Below are positions 51,184-61,574 of a stretch of 64,000 nucleotides of DNA, piece by piece. The stretch is taken from assembly GCA_963777505.1 (NCBI GenBank), contig CAVZQN010000004.1, positions 1,184,001-1,248,000 on the forward strand. The letters run 5' to 3'. Made by a program: the position numbers and the translations under genes. Under the pieces are notes generated by a model. The model was not told the DNA's origin, did not search any database, and saw only the letters and a list, made by a program, of their open reading frames with translations. Position 1 is the stretch's first letter. Each line of letters begins with the position of its first letter. The stretch comes from an uncultured bacterium (GTDB taxonomy: Bacteria > Acidobacteriota > HRBIN11 > JAKEFK01).

Positions 51184-53297
51184 TTAAGTTGTATTTTCTT
51201 TTATTGAAGGCAAGTCGAGATGAAATGTTGCTCCATGATTAGGATTATTGGTCGCCCAAAGATCCCCACCATGTTCTCGAACAATCGATCGGCAAATTGA
51301 TAACCCTAATCCCAGGCCATGCTTTTTTGTCGTAAAAAACGGCGCAAAGACCTGATCCATGCTTTCCGATTGGATACCCGTTCCGGAATCTGAGATAGCA
51401 AGACGAACGGTATGATTTGATCCTAATTCTGTGCTTAGGTTTATTTTGCGCTCACTGGGATTAAATTCGTTCATTGCTTCGGTAGCGTTAACGATCAAAT
51501 TTAAGAGTACCTGCTGTAATTGAATTCGGTCACCTGACAATGCAGGAAGTCCGGCAGCCAGCCGTAATGAGACTGTCACTTCGTGGGTGATTAATTCACT
51601 ATAGGCTAAATCCAACACCTCGCGAGTGAGCTCATTTAGATCTAGCATTTGAAATTGAATTTCACCTTTTTTGATCAAGGGGCGTAAACGTTGAATTACC
51701 TTTCCTGCGCGCATTCCTTCTGCAATTAAATCATTTAGAGCCTCACGAATTTCTTCAAAATTGATTGGTTCTTTCGCAAGAAAAAATTCCATAGCTTGAG
51801 CATTACTCAAAATCGCTGTTAGAGGCTGATTCAATTCATGGGCTAATGCGCCGGATAATTGGCCTAACATGGATACGCGTGTAAGATGCGACAATTGCTG
51901 TCTCTGTTCCCGTGATTCTGATTCAATCCGTTTTTGTTCTGTAACATCCCGGATTGTAATAATCCAACAACGTTCTCCCTCAATTTGAATCGGTTCCATA
52001 GCCACAATCGTTTGTATATTGATGCCATAATTTGTTCGCATTTCAATTGGAATATTCCGCAATACTTGTGGCGTATCCTCAGAGTTTTCAATGTTTTTGT
52101 TATCTTCCAGTTTTTGTGAAAGAGTCTTGTCCAACATTTTCCGTCCCATCACTTCTTCGCGTGCAAAGCCAAAAAGAGCGATCCAGCGATCATTGACTTC
52201 AATGATTTTCCCATCATCGTGTGCAATTACCATCGCGTCCGGACTGGAAAGGAAAGCTTTACTGAATCGCTGTTCAGAGCTTCGAAGTGCACTCTCAGCA
52301 CGTCTTCTTTCCTCTAAAACCGCCGAGAGATAGATTAACGGAATCGAAGTGAGGACCAAAAACAATTGAATAGAAAGTGCAATTTGGTTTTCTGAATATG
52401 AAGCAAAAAGGCCTTGACCCCACCTTGCTTCTGAAATTGCGATTAACTCAACAATAAGAATTGATATGCTGATCCCAGGTACTCCAAAACGCACTGCAGC
52501 CCACATCAGAAATGGCAAAGGTGCGTATAAAACTACAGAAGGAGTAACAATCCGTGAGTTCATTCCACCGAATGCAAAAATGCTAACACTTAACAATCCG
52601 ACGACAAGCAAAATGATTTCAAGATAATTCCAAACAGAATGTTTTCTAAACCAGTGTGTTCGTTCTGTAGTCCAGGATAATATCACCGGCACTATAGTGA
52701 GTGTGGCCAGAACATTGGAGAAAAATCTCATGCGCCATAGCTTGCCAATAGCTCTCTTGACCATATCCATTCAATTTGACTAAAGCGCTATCTAGAAATG
52801 TAGAAAGGAACGTGCCTAAAAATACGGCGCAGATCAAAAAGACAGAAACACTTTGAAAGCTATTTAGCTTAAATTCATTTCCACAAAATCGGCGTATTAG
52901 ACCAGCGCCGATCACCGCTTCGAAACAGTTGCTTACAAACCAGCTAAGGATCATTGGAATCGGCACATTACTTTGAAGTTCTGCGGCGAGATGGGCTGGA
53001 AGTGCGGCGAGAATTAAAAACCACCAGGTTCTGGTTGGGGCAAGTAATAGTGCAGCCAATAAAATGGCATTAGGGGGCCATAATGTCGAAACGGGATTCG
53101 GTTGAAATGTCAGAAGAAATCCGACTCTTGCACCAATGTAGTAGCCCAGACGATGCAAGCAGAATTGCAAATATTATCCGGTTTGTCGACAAAAACGCAT
53201 CCTGAGCGTATAGACTGCGAATCGAAAATCGGCTCAAACCGTCAGATGAAATACTTGATTCGGCTTGCGAAGAATTCCATTCCATAGAACCTCGCAA
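51184..53297 (-). CDS. MASE1-PAS sensor histidine kinase (frameshifts near 53150 and 52741)
   Basis: LWPPNAIL and WAAVRFG (MASE1); PAS; AHELNQPL; GLGLGL; three ORFs. Confidence 0.85.
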
Positions 53298-53471
53298 ATT
53301 TTCGCATACTCGTCGGATCTACCGCTTGGCTCGCGAGAAACGGCAACAAACATATTTTAAGTCATTTTGTCTTTTTATCAATTCAATCTAATTCGTGATT
53401 CAGAGCTGTATATCGGGGATGACAATTTTTCAACGGGCATTTATTAAGAGATAGAAGATCGAATGGTGGGA

Positions 53472-53496
53472 GGGCGGATCTTAGGCCCGCCCCTAC
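53472..53496 (-). repeat. GTAG-family REP
   Basis: GGGCGGATCTTAGGCCCGCCCCTAC. Confidence 0.7.
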
Positions 53497-53507
53497 GCAT
53501 CAGAAAA

Positions 53508-54321
53508 TTACGAAGCTTTGGTCCTTGCTGCTACATCATCAGAATTAATATCAATCGTAATCATGAAACCATTCGTACCCTTGAACTCGAAAGCTTTTGA
53601 GCCTTCGCGATATGCTTCAACTACATTCGGCATAAGAATGAAACCATCATTTCTTGGTGCTCCCCAATAAGGAAGGTTTTTGATCACGACAGGCTGATCG
53701 GACATTCCTTTAAATCGTTGAAGTTGAACTTCTGCTGTCTTTCCCGAATCCAATGTGGCATGAGCTGTATCTTTCGTGAACTCCCATCGATCGATATCTC
53801 CTTCCGCGGTTTCAAATGAACCCCATTCCACCGGAAAAACACTTGGCATGATTTTCCCGATTGACGCGCGCTGCTCAGCGAGTCAATTTTTTGTCGAAAT
53901 ATAATTTTGCCCATTCCATTTTTCCGTTAGACCAATCTGCACCGAGATCAGTAACAACCCAGAATTTACCGCCATCCAATTTGACGTTCCCAACATAACC
54001 CGCGTTCACTTTGTAAGCGAGATTTGCGCGGCAAAAATGTTGTGCACCTTCTGAGCCATGGGAGTGATGTCCCGCTGACGCTGTTTCTTTTGAACCATTC
54101 GGTTGATGCGCTGCTGGCTTGGTGTTGAAATAACATTGGCAAAACATTGGACAGCTACACGCCTCAATGGCTGTTGCATTCAAACTCCATTCAGGCTTCG
54201 GTTTTGCGGCGCTAACTGCTGAAGCAAGAACTGCGAAGCCCGCAAGAATCGACAGAACAAAAACAATCTTTCCGAGTTTGTTCCCCTTTCGTTTCAAAAT
54301 GTCACTGTTGGTTGTTGTCAT
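53508..54321 (-). CDS. DUF1326-like secreted Cys-rich protein (frameshift near 53880)
   Basis: EACSCPMFCQCYF motif; removing one base joins KKLT to AEQRASIGKIMPSVFP. Confidence 0.72.
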
Positions 54322-54445
54322 ATCTTTCTCCTAAAATCTTTTGCAAAGTTATTGAACCCTCAGAAAACTCCAGTAACAAATAAAGACGAACGAAAAGGGG
54401 AGTGAACAAAGCGAAGAGTTGGACATTCCTGCATTGAAACATAGC

Positions 54446-54503
54446 TTGACAAGGTCAAGTTAAAAGGATATTTTACCAATAGGTTAATTAACCAAATGGT
54501 GAA
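54446..54503 (+). promoter_or_regulatory. Sigma70 promoter with tandem ArsR operators
   Basis: TTGACA(54446)-17-TATTTT; operators TTTACCAATAGGTTAA (54472) and TTAACCAAATGGTGAA (54488). Confidence 0.7.
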
Positions 54504-54505
54504 AT

Positions 54506-54862
54506 ATGATGAAACAAGATCAACTCAGCTCTACATTTGCAGCCTTAGCTGATCCGACGAGGCGGGCCATTCTGGCACGTCTCGCCACAGGAGAAACTTC
54601 TGTGAATGAACTTGCTAGACCTTTTGAAATGACCCTTCCGGCGATTTCAAAACGTCTTAAGGTTCTTGAACGTGCAGGCCTAATAACGCGCGGCCGCAAA
54701 GCTCAATGGCGTCCGTGCAAATTGGATGCAGCGCCATTGAAGGAAGTTGCTACATGGGTCGAATTTTATCGAAAAATTTGGGAGCAGAGATTAGATCAGT
54801 TAGCAGAGTATCTGATTGAATTGAAAAAAAAGGAGAAAAAATATGGCCGAAAAAAGAAATAA
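54506..54862 (+). CDS. ArsR/SmtB-family regulator
   Basis: [23 protein letters not shown]. Confidence 0.92.
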   Translation: MMKQDQLSSTFAALADPTRRAILARLATGETSVNELARPFEMTLPAISKRLKVLERAGLITRGRKAQWRPCKLDAAPLKEVATWVEFYRKIWEQRLDQLAEYLIELKKKEKKYGRKKK

Positions 54863-55331
54863 TTCAGATGATCTCGTCATTACGCGGATTTTTGATGCAC
54901 CCCGAGAAGTTGTATGGAAAGCATGGACGGAACCTGAACGCGTAAAGAAGTGGTGGGGTCCTAAAGGCTTCACTGCGCCAGTAGTAAAAAGTGATTTCCG
55001 TGTAGGCGGTAAATTCCTTTACTTAATGCGGTCCGCTGATGGCAAAGATTATTGGAGCACAGGCGTGTATCGCGAAATCGATCCGCTCAATCGTATCGTT
55101 TCAACCGATAGTTTCGCTGATAAAGACGGCAACATTGTTCCAGCATCCCAATATGGGATGGAGGGTGATTGGCCATTGGAATTGATGGTTACTGTCACGT
55201 TTGAAGATCACGACGGGAAAACAAGATTCACTTTGAGGCATGCTGGATTGCCGCAAGGAGAAATGGCGAAAATGACTTCAGATGGATGGAACGAATCGCT
55301 CGATAAATTTGAAGCTTCCCTGAAATCCTAA
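54843..55331 (+). CDS. SRPBCC/AHSA1 domain protein
   Basis: [27 protein letters not shown]. Confidence 0.92.
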   Translation: MAEKRNNSDDLVITRIFDAPREVVWKAWTEPERVKKWWGPKGFTAPVVKSDFRVGGKFLYLMRSADGKDYWSTGVYREIDPLNRIVSTDSFADKDGNIVPASQYGMEGDWPLELMVTVTFEDHDGKTRFTLRHAGLPQGEMAKMTSDGWNESLDKFEASLKS

Positions 55332-55343
55332 CCAAACTCAAGA

Positions 55344-55377
55344 TTAACCGCGGAGACCTCTGAGCCTCTGCGGTTAA
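55344..55377. repeat. AACCGC-type inverted repeat / possible terminator
   Basis: TTAACCGCGGAG...CTCTGCGGTTAA followed by a T-rich tract. Confidence 0.6.
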
Positions 55378-55427
55378 TCCTTTTCTCTGGCCTGAATTCA
55401 ACAGAATTGTTATATTCTCAGGGCATT

Positions 55428-56870
55428 ATGAGACTACTTTTAGCAATCTTGATCAGTCTTTTGTTCCTTTATGAAGTTGAAAGCGCTCCAATTGTTCGCG
55501 GGGTTGCACCGAATGGTACAGCGGCTGGTGAATCACTCAGCGTACGAATCGTGGTAGAAAATATTTCTACTTTGGTGCATGAGGATGAAATTTCCTTCGG
55601 CAATGGAATCAGAGTTTCATCAATCGTGAAGCAATCGTTTCAAAATCGTCTTGATCGACGCATGTTATTCATGCAGGTGGAAATCGATGTAGATGCGTCT
55701 GCTGCTGCAGGTGATCGAGTTGTAACGGTTGCAGGCTCATCACCCAATACCGCATCTCATTTTTACATTCGGTCATCGCCGGAAATATCGTTCAACCATT
55801 TCAAGCAGATCAACTCAGATCTAATTCCATTGCATTTACTCCCCGATAATCTAGATGATGATTCAAGGGATGAACTGGCTGCAGTATATCTGAGTCCGTT
55901 TGCTGATGGGTTCGTGGATGTGATCCATCCAACAGAAAATGAAAGTCATCGAATCTATTCGTTTTCAGAAGGTCACCTTGTTTCCACAAGAGAAGCTGTT
56001 TTAGCCGATCAAGATGGCGATGGTTTTCAGGATCTATCGGTCTTGAACTGGCTGCAGTTTGATGTTGCCGGAGGAGTGCTGGTTCGTCACCGCAATAAAG
56101 GGGATGGAACGTATGAAATTGTATCGGACCGGCCGTCGAGGATCGGAGATCTATTTATCACAGCTGGTAATTTTGATGGAGACCGTTTGGATGATATTGC
56201 AGTCGTAGGATATATCGGTGAAATTGTCGTAATCACTGGAAATGGCAAACAAATCCGAGTTAAAACAATTCCTAAAAACTTCCGCGGTGAAGTGCACGGC
56301 CTTGTCGCCGCAGATGTGAATCGTGATGGTTATGATGACCTTACGATCGCTGTTGATAATGAGGTAAGCGGGAAAAAAGAATTCAGGATCGCAATTGCGA
56401 ATCGTGATGGGTCATTTCAAACAGCACGCCGAATTTCACTTCCGAACAAAGAAGAAGGTCCATGGGTATATGCGATTGCTGATTTGGACAATGATGGCAA
56501 AATGGAATTCATTTATACAACCGATCGATACCGATCTGTTATTGTAGCTACCTACATTGATGGAGTACTTACACCACGAAATTCGATCCGCGTAGAATGC
56601 AATGCTTTTGCGGTGGGTGATTTGGAAGGCGATGGAGATGCGGATGTTGCGTGTGTAGGAAGTGATATCGATCAGATCGCATTATTTCGAACAACCGGCT
56701 CTACATTCTTACCGCGCGTTACCTTTCCTGCACCGCGTTTTCCTGTTTCAATCGCAATTGGTGATTGGAATGCCGATCAAAAACCGGATCTTGCTACAGG
56801 TTTTGGAAAGATGTATTTTCCGCATTTACCAAACGAACGGAACGGCCTCACATTCTTTTTGCAAAATTAA
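55428..56870 (+). CDS. Secreted FG-GAP/VCBS-repeat protein with Ig-like N-domain
   Basis: Repeated D.DGDG..DL motifs; signal peptide. Confidence 0.82.
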   Translation: MRLLLAILISLLFLYEVESAPIVRGVAPNGTAAGESLSVRIVVENISTLVHEDEISFGNGIRVSSIVKQSFQNRLDRRMLFMQVEIDVDASAAAGDRVVTVAGSSPNTASHFYIRSSPEISFNHFKQINSDLIPLHLLPDNLDDDSRDELAAVYLSPFADGFVDVIHPTENESHRIYSFSEGHLVSTREAVLADQDGDGFQDLSVLNWLQFDVAGGVLVRHRNKGDGTYEIVSDRPSRIGDLFITAGNFDGDRLDDIAVVGYIGEIVVITGNGKQIRVKTIPKNFRGEVHGLVAADVNRDGYDDLTIAVDNEVSGKKEFRIAIANRDGSFQTARRISLPNKEEGPWVYAIADLDNDGKMEFIYTTDRYRSVIVATYIDGVLTPRNSIRVECNAFAVGDLEGDGDADVACVGSDIDQIALFRTTGSTFLPRVTFPAPRFPVSIAIGDWNADQKPDLATGFGKMYFPHLPNERNGLTFFLQN

Positions 56871-56874
56871 CGCA

Positions 56875-56899
56875 GCAGGGGCGGCTCTTAGACCCGCCC
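56875..56899 (+). repeat. GTAG-family REP (GCAG variant)
   Basis: GCAGGGGCGGCTCTTAGACCCGCCC. Confidence 0.6.
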
Positions 56900-56907
56900 A
56901 AATTTCG

Positions 56908-57468
56908 ATGATAAAACGTCCAGCTCGTGCACAAATTCGGTCTGCAGGCAACAAGACGCTTCAAGATGTCATCGCGCATAATTTAACTGTGCTGTTTTGT
57001 GGAATCAATCCTGGGCTTTATTCCGCTGCAGCCGGTCACAACTTTGCTCGACCGGGCAATCGATTCTGGCCTGCGATGTTTGGCGCCGGTTTCACGGATC
57101 ACCTTTTTCAACCATCAGAAGAAATGAAGCTTCTCGACTCTGGTTATGGAATTACAAACATTGTAGAAAGAGCAACTGCAAGTGCCGATGAGTTGACAAA
57201 AAAAGAATTGATTGATGGAGCGAAAAAGCTCACGGCAAAGGTTCGTTTGTATAATCCGAATTATCTCGCCGTTGTGGGACTGACCGCTTACCGAATTGCT
57301 TTCAGTGTTCCAAAAGTAAAAATCGGATTGCAGGAGAATAGGATTGGCAAAACGCGCATTTGGGTCTTACCGAATCCGAGTGGATTAAATGCACATCATC
57401 AATTACCGGATCTCATCCGGCTTTTTAGTGAATTTCGAGCCCATATTTTACAAACCAGAAACGGGTAG
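56908..57468 (+). CDS. mug: G/U mismatch-specific DNA glycosylase
   Basis: FCGINPG, NRFW, LPNPSGLNAH; likely ATG 56908. Confidence 0.92.
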   Translation: MIKRPARAQIRSAGNKTLQDVIAHNLTVLFCGINPGLYSAAAGHNFARPGNRFWPAMFGAGFTDHLFQPSEEMKLLDSGYGITNIVERATASADELTKKELIDGAKKLTAKVRLYNPNYLAVVGLTAYRIAFSVPKVKIGLQENRIGKTRIWVLPNPSGLNAHHQLPDLIRLFSEFRAHILQTRNG

Positions 57469-57567
57469 CAAGGAATCTATCATATATATATGTCGATATA
57501 AGAATTCCCGGAACGACTATTGAGTGTAAGGAAAAGTGGCATCAAAATTAAAAAGGAGAAATTTATT

Positions 57568-58059
57568 ATGAAACTCATGAACTGGACTTTAATTCTTATT
57601 TTGATTGCCTTACTGGCAACTCCAATCTTTGCACAGGACATGCCTAAAATTGATGGAACTTTGAAGGCCGATCACATTTTTCAGCACAATGGTTTGGCGC
57701 TCCGTGGATATGATCCTGTTGCATATTTTTCTCAAAGCAAGGCAGTTGAAGGCAACAAGCAATTTGAAGACACCCATTTAGGTGCAACCTGGCGTTTTGC
57801 AAGCGAAGAAAACCGCGATGCTTTTAAGAAGAATCCGGATCGTTATCTTCCACAATATGGAGGATACTGCGCTTTTGGTATGAGTAATGGATATGCTGCA
57901 CCTATCGATCCACAGGCATGGAAGATAATCGATGGGAAGCTTTATCTGAATTACAGCCTTGATGTTCAAAAAGAATGGATCAAGGATCCTCCTGGTTTTA
58001 TCTCAAAAGCCGATAAGAATTGGCCGAAGATTCCTAAAAATGCAAAAAACGCTGATTAG
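57568..58059 (+). CDS. Secreted YHS-domain protein
   Basis: GYDPVAYF, FASEENRDAF, PQYGGYCA. Confidence 0.9.
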   Translation: MKLMNWTLILILIALLATPIFAQDMPKIDGTLKADHIFQHNGLALRGYDPVAYFSQSKAVEGNKQFEDTHLGATWRFASEENRDAFKKNPDRYLPQYGGYCAFGMSNGYAAPIDPQAWKIIDGKLYLNYSLDVQKEWIKDPPGFISKADKNWPKIPKNAKNAD

Positions 58060-58130
58060 CGATTTGTACCGCTGGCCTCTGGCCGGCTCCTAAAAATGAA
58101 CCGCAAAGGCGCAAAGTCAAAACCGCTGGC

Positions 58131-58178
58131 TTGACATTTAGACTCAGACGCATAATATTCAACCATATGGTTGAATAT
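58131..58178 (+). promoter_or_regulatory. Promoter and perfect 24-bp ArsR operator overlapping the start codon
   Basis: TTGACA at 58131; ATATTCAACCATATGGTTGAATAT at 58155-58178. Confidence 0.78.
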
Positions 58179-58550
58179 ACTGAACAACTTGACCACACGT
58201 TTCACGCGGTAGCGGATCCAACGAGGCGAGCCATTCTCAAAATGCTGTCGAAGCGCCAAGCGCGCGTCACCGAAATCGCCAAATCCTTTCCTTATTCATT
58301 AAACGCAATTTCGAAGCACATCAAGGTGTTGGAACAAGCAGGGCTGATCCGCAGAGAAATTAAGGGACGCGATCATTTTTGCCAAATGGATCCTGCTCCA
58401 CTACAGGAAGCATCCGACTGGTTTGCGTCTTATCGGCAATTCTGGGAAGTGCGTCTCGATGCGATGGAACGCCACATCATTCTGAATAGAAAGCGGAGGA
58501 AAAATCGTGTCAGATCAAGCAGAACAAAACGAAACAATCGTAATTCGTAA
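58167..58550 (+). CDS. ArsR/SmtB-family regulator
   Basis: [27 protein letters not shown]; ATG lies inside the operator. Confidence 0.9.
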   Translation: MVEYTEQLDHTFHAVADPTRRAILKMLSKRQARVTEIAKSFPYSLNAISKHIKVLEQAGLIRREIKGRDHFCQMDPAPLQEASDWFASYRQFWEVRLDAMERHIILNRKRRKNRVRSSRTKRNNRNS

Positions 58551-58956
58551 GATTATTGCTGCCACACAGGAAGAAGTATTCCAGGCATGGACCGATCCCG
58601 AAAGCATGCGTCACTGGATGCAGGGAAGTGAGGACATACAGGAATCGGAAGCACAACTGGAAGTACGCCCCGGCGGCAACTTCCGTATTACGATGAAAGG
58701 AAAAGACAAAGATCACGTTCACACCGGACAATATCGCATTGTGGAACCCCCATCACGGCTCGTGTTCACATGGATTTCAAAATCAACAAACGAACAGGAA
58801 ACTCTTGTCACTGTGGAACTGAAACCACGCGGAACAGAATGCGAGCTGACTCTGACTCATGAAAAGCTGCCCGGCAAAGAAGCCGCTTCAGGTCACCAAG
58901 ATGGATGGACCCGGATTGCAGAATTGCTGGCGCAACATTTGGCAAAGAGAGGATAA
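58507..58956 (+). CDS. SRPBCC/AHSA1 domain protein
   Basis: VFQAWTDP, RLVFTW, HQDGW. Confidence 0.9.
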   Translation: MSDQAEQNETIVIRKIIAATQEEVFQAWTDPESMRHWMQGSEDIQESEAQLEVRPGGNFRITMKGKDKDHVHTGQYRIVEPPSRLVFTWISKSTNEQETLVTVELKPRGTECELTLTHEKLPGKEAASGHQDGWTRIAELLAQHLAKRG

Positions 58957-58960
58957 AAAA

Positions 58961-59158
58961 ATGTGCCCCGCGTGTATCTCAAACATAGCCATAGCGGTTG
59001 CTGTTGGTGTGACTTCAACAGGCGGGCTGACTGCTTTCATAGTGCAAAGACTTCGTTCAAAGAATACGAAGAATATCCCAACGAAGAAATCAATAGGAGT
59101 ACAAGATGAAAACAAATACAGAGGAAATAATTTATCCAAAAATCGTAACACGAAATGA
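58961..59158 (+). CDS. Small MCPAC membrane peptide
   Basis: AGAGGA RBS; MCPACISNIAIAVAVG..TM helix..basic tail. Confidence 0.6.
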   Translation: MCPACISNIAIAVAVGVTSTGGLTAFIVQRLRSKNTKNIPTKKSIGVQDENKYRGNNLSKNRNTK

Positions 59159-59846
59159 GTGGCTTGCTGCTCGCAAGGCATTCCTCACCAAGGAAAAGGA
59201 ATTCACACATCAACGAGACTCTCTCAGCGCAGAGCGAAGAAAGCTCCCGATGGTAAAAATCGAAAAGGAATATGTATTCGATGGTCCTGAGGGTCCAACG
59301 AATCTACAGGATCTGTTTGAAGGACGCAGACAGCTGATCATCTATCACTTCATGTTTGATCCTGAGTGGAACGAAGGCTGCAAGAGTTGCTCTTATGTGG
59401 CGGACAACTTCCAGGGCGCAATCCTTCATCTTCCGGCGCGCGACACATCGTTCGCTGTCATTTCACGCGCGCCTCTTTCAAAACTCGAGCCGTTCAAACG
59501 TCGTATGGGTTGGAACTTTCACTGGCTCTCCTCTTTCAATAATGATTTCAACTACGACTTTCATGTCACTTTGGACGAAGCGAAAGGGAGCGTTGAGTAT
59601 AACTACGAAAATACGCGAGTGCTCAAGGAAGAGGGCGAGATTCCGGATACAAAAGGCGAGATGCCGGGTCTTAGCGTTTTCCTTCGCGATGACGCAAACA
59701 TATTTCACACATACTCAACTTACATACGTGGTCTCGATCTCCTAATGAACACATACAACTACCTGGATTTGACACCGCTCGGGCGGCAGGAAGATCACGA
59801 ACCGGGGATGGGTTGGCTCCGACTTCATGACAAGTACACGACATAA
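59106..59846 (+). CDS. DUF899 thioredoxin-like protein
   Basis: RRKLPMV, YHFMF, GCKSCS, LDLTPLGRQE. Confidence 0.92.
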   Translation: MKTNTEEIIYPKIVTRNEWLAARKAFLTKEKEFTHQRDSLSAERRKLPMVKIEKEYVFDGPEGPTNLQDLFEGRRQLIIYHFMFDPEWNEGCKSCSYVADNFQGAILHLPARDTSFAVISRAPLSKLEPFKRRMGWNFHWLSSFNNDFNYDFHVTLDEAKGSVEYNYENTRVLKEEGEIPDTKGEMPGLSVFLRDDANIFHTYSTYIRGLDLLMNTYNYLDLTPLGRQEDHEPGMGWLRLHDKYTT

Positions 59847-60017
59847 ATGGAGATCAAAATGTTTCAGAAAATTTTAGTACTTGCAGTTTTCTTAAAGAGC
59901 TATTAGTGCAAACAGTGATGCTGCAAAATAAAATCGAGCCGGTTCCGCGAGATGGAAATTCAACTAGCGTTAAGCTCATGCTGCCGCACCTCAGAGGTCT
60001 TGAATGTTCTTGCTATC

Positions 60018-60042
60018 AGGCGACCACAAGGGTCGCCTCTAC
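60018..60042 (-). repeat. GTAG-family REP
   Basis: AGGCGACCACAAGGGTCGCCTCTAC. Confidence 0.75.
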
Positions 60043-60045
60043 CAG

Positions 60046-61350
60046 CTAGGGTTGTTTTACAACAACTCCGTCTTTCATGACAAATACAACTTTTTCTGTA
60101 GCGCGAATATCTTGAAATGGATTTCCTGTCATCGCGATAACATCGGCAGTTTTCCCTGGTTCGAGTGTACCGATTTCTTTTTCCAGACCAATCGCTTTCG
60201 CAGCATCGATAGTTGCAGTACGTAACGCAGCGAGCGGGCTCATGCCATGATCTACAAGAAGTGCAAACTCTTGCGCATTTAATCCATGCGGAGAAACGCC
60301 GGAGTCAGTACCGAATGCGATTTTTACACCATGTTTTAATGCGTTTTTAAAGGTTTCGGATCTTTTTGACATGGCTTCTGCCGCTTTTTTTTGAAGTTCA
60401 GGAGGCATTGTTTTAGCGGCTGGTCCTTTGCCAGCATATTCTCCGGCCAGAAGGGTGGGAACAAGCCACGTTCCTTGCTTTGCCATCATCGTCAACACTT
60501 CATCATTCAGAAATGATCCATGTTCGATTGTGTCTGCGCCGGCTTTTACGGCAACTTTCGCTCCTTCCGCGCCATGTGCATGAACTGCAACCCGTTTTCG
60601 CAGGCGATGTGCTTCATCAACGATTGCATCCATTTCTGCTTGTGTGATTTGTGGTGTATCCACTTCATCTCCAATCGATAACACTCCACCAGTTCCGCAA
60701 ACTTTGATTACATCTGCTCCATATTTAATTTGATAGCGGACGGAGTCGCGAAATTCGTCAGCACCCGATGCGATTCCATCCTCAATGGAACTTTCTTCGC
60801 CGAATGTATTTTCTGGAAAGCCAGTTTCATCACAGTGTCCTCCGCGTGCACCTAATGCATTCGTTGCCGCTAAGATGCGTGGACCTAAAACCAAACCTTT
60901 GTTAATCGCATTCCGCAGTCCTGCATCAATCCGATAATTGGAACCTAAATTTCGGACCGTTGTGAATCCAGCATCCAACATTTTTCTGGAAAACACCGAA
61001 GCGCGAATTGATTGCTCAGGAACATTCATCCGCAGACCTTCATAAAATGTCTGCAAAAAATTCGTTCCGATTTCTCCTGACGTATGAACATGAAGGTCAA
61101 TGAATCCGGGAAGTAACGAAACATCGCCAAGATCAATTACGTTAGCTCCGGCCGGAATCGCAGTTCCCGACCCTACACTTTTGATTTTTCCATTTTCAAT
61201 AATCACGATGCCATTTGCGATAGGGGCTTGTGATTGACCATCCCAAACGCGGCTAGATCGCAACACAGTTATGGGATTAGTTGGGCTTTGAGCAAATAAA
61301 GATGAATAACAAGCGACCAAAAATACAAAAGCGGACACAACGATTTTCAT
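60046..61350 (-). CDS. Secreted metal-dependent amidohydrolase (Xaa-Pro dipeptidase-like)
   Basis: PGFIDLHVH, GADVIK, HAHG, IEHG, FGTDSG. Confidence 0.9.
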   Translation of the reverse strand: MKIVVSAFVFLVACYSSLFAQSPTNPITVLRSSRVWDGQSQAPIANGIVIIENGKIKSVGSGTAIPAGANVIDLGDVSLLPGFIDLHVHTSGEIGTNFLQTFYEGLRMNVPEQSIRASVFSRKMLDAGFTTVRNLGSNYRIDAGLRNAINKGLVLGPRILAATNALGARGGHCDETGFPENTFGEESSIEDGIASGADEFRDSVRYQIKYGADVIKVCGTGGVLSIGDEVDTPQITQAEMDAIVDEAHRLRKRVAVHAHGAEGAKVAVKAGADTIEHGSFLNDEVLTMMAKQGTWLVPTLLAGEYAGKGPAAKTMPPELQKKAAEAMSKRSETFKNALKHGVKIAFGTDSGVSPHGLNAQEFALLVDHGMSPLAALRTATIDAAKAIGLEKEIGTLEPGKTADVIAMTGNPFQDIRATEKVVFVMKDGVVVKQP

Positions 61351-61574
61351 TGAACACTCCTGATTTTGTTGAACAGTATTGTAGTCGGAAATTGTTAAAG
61401 TGGAATCAGGTGAAAATCGGGGCAGGCAGGTCTTACACTGGCTCTTTGACTGCAGGCGTCTATAAAAAGAGTCGCAAGCCCTCGATGAGGGACATTCTTA
61501 AAAAGAAAGATGAAGTAGATCAGAAGACTTAGATACTGGTTTGCTTCTTGCTTAAGTTCACTCGCGTGATCAGG

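Noticed and set aside
53875-53877. TGA in the DUF1326-like gene (and at 24880) as selenocysteine
   Set aside because: The plausible protein continues in a different frame, so read-through does not restore it; a single extra base explains both
57568-58059. YHS protein as a selenoprotein
   Set aside because: The GGYC position is TGC (Cys) and there is no in-frame TGA
59859-59906. Short ORF MFQKILVLAVFLKSY after DUF899
   Set aside because: It has a GGAG RBS but is only 15 codons; possibly a remnant, not supportable
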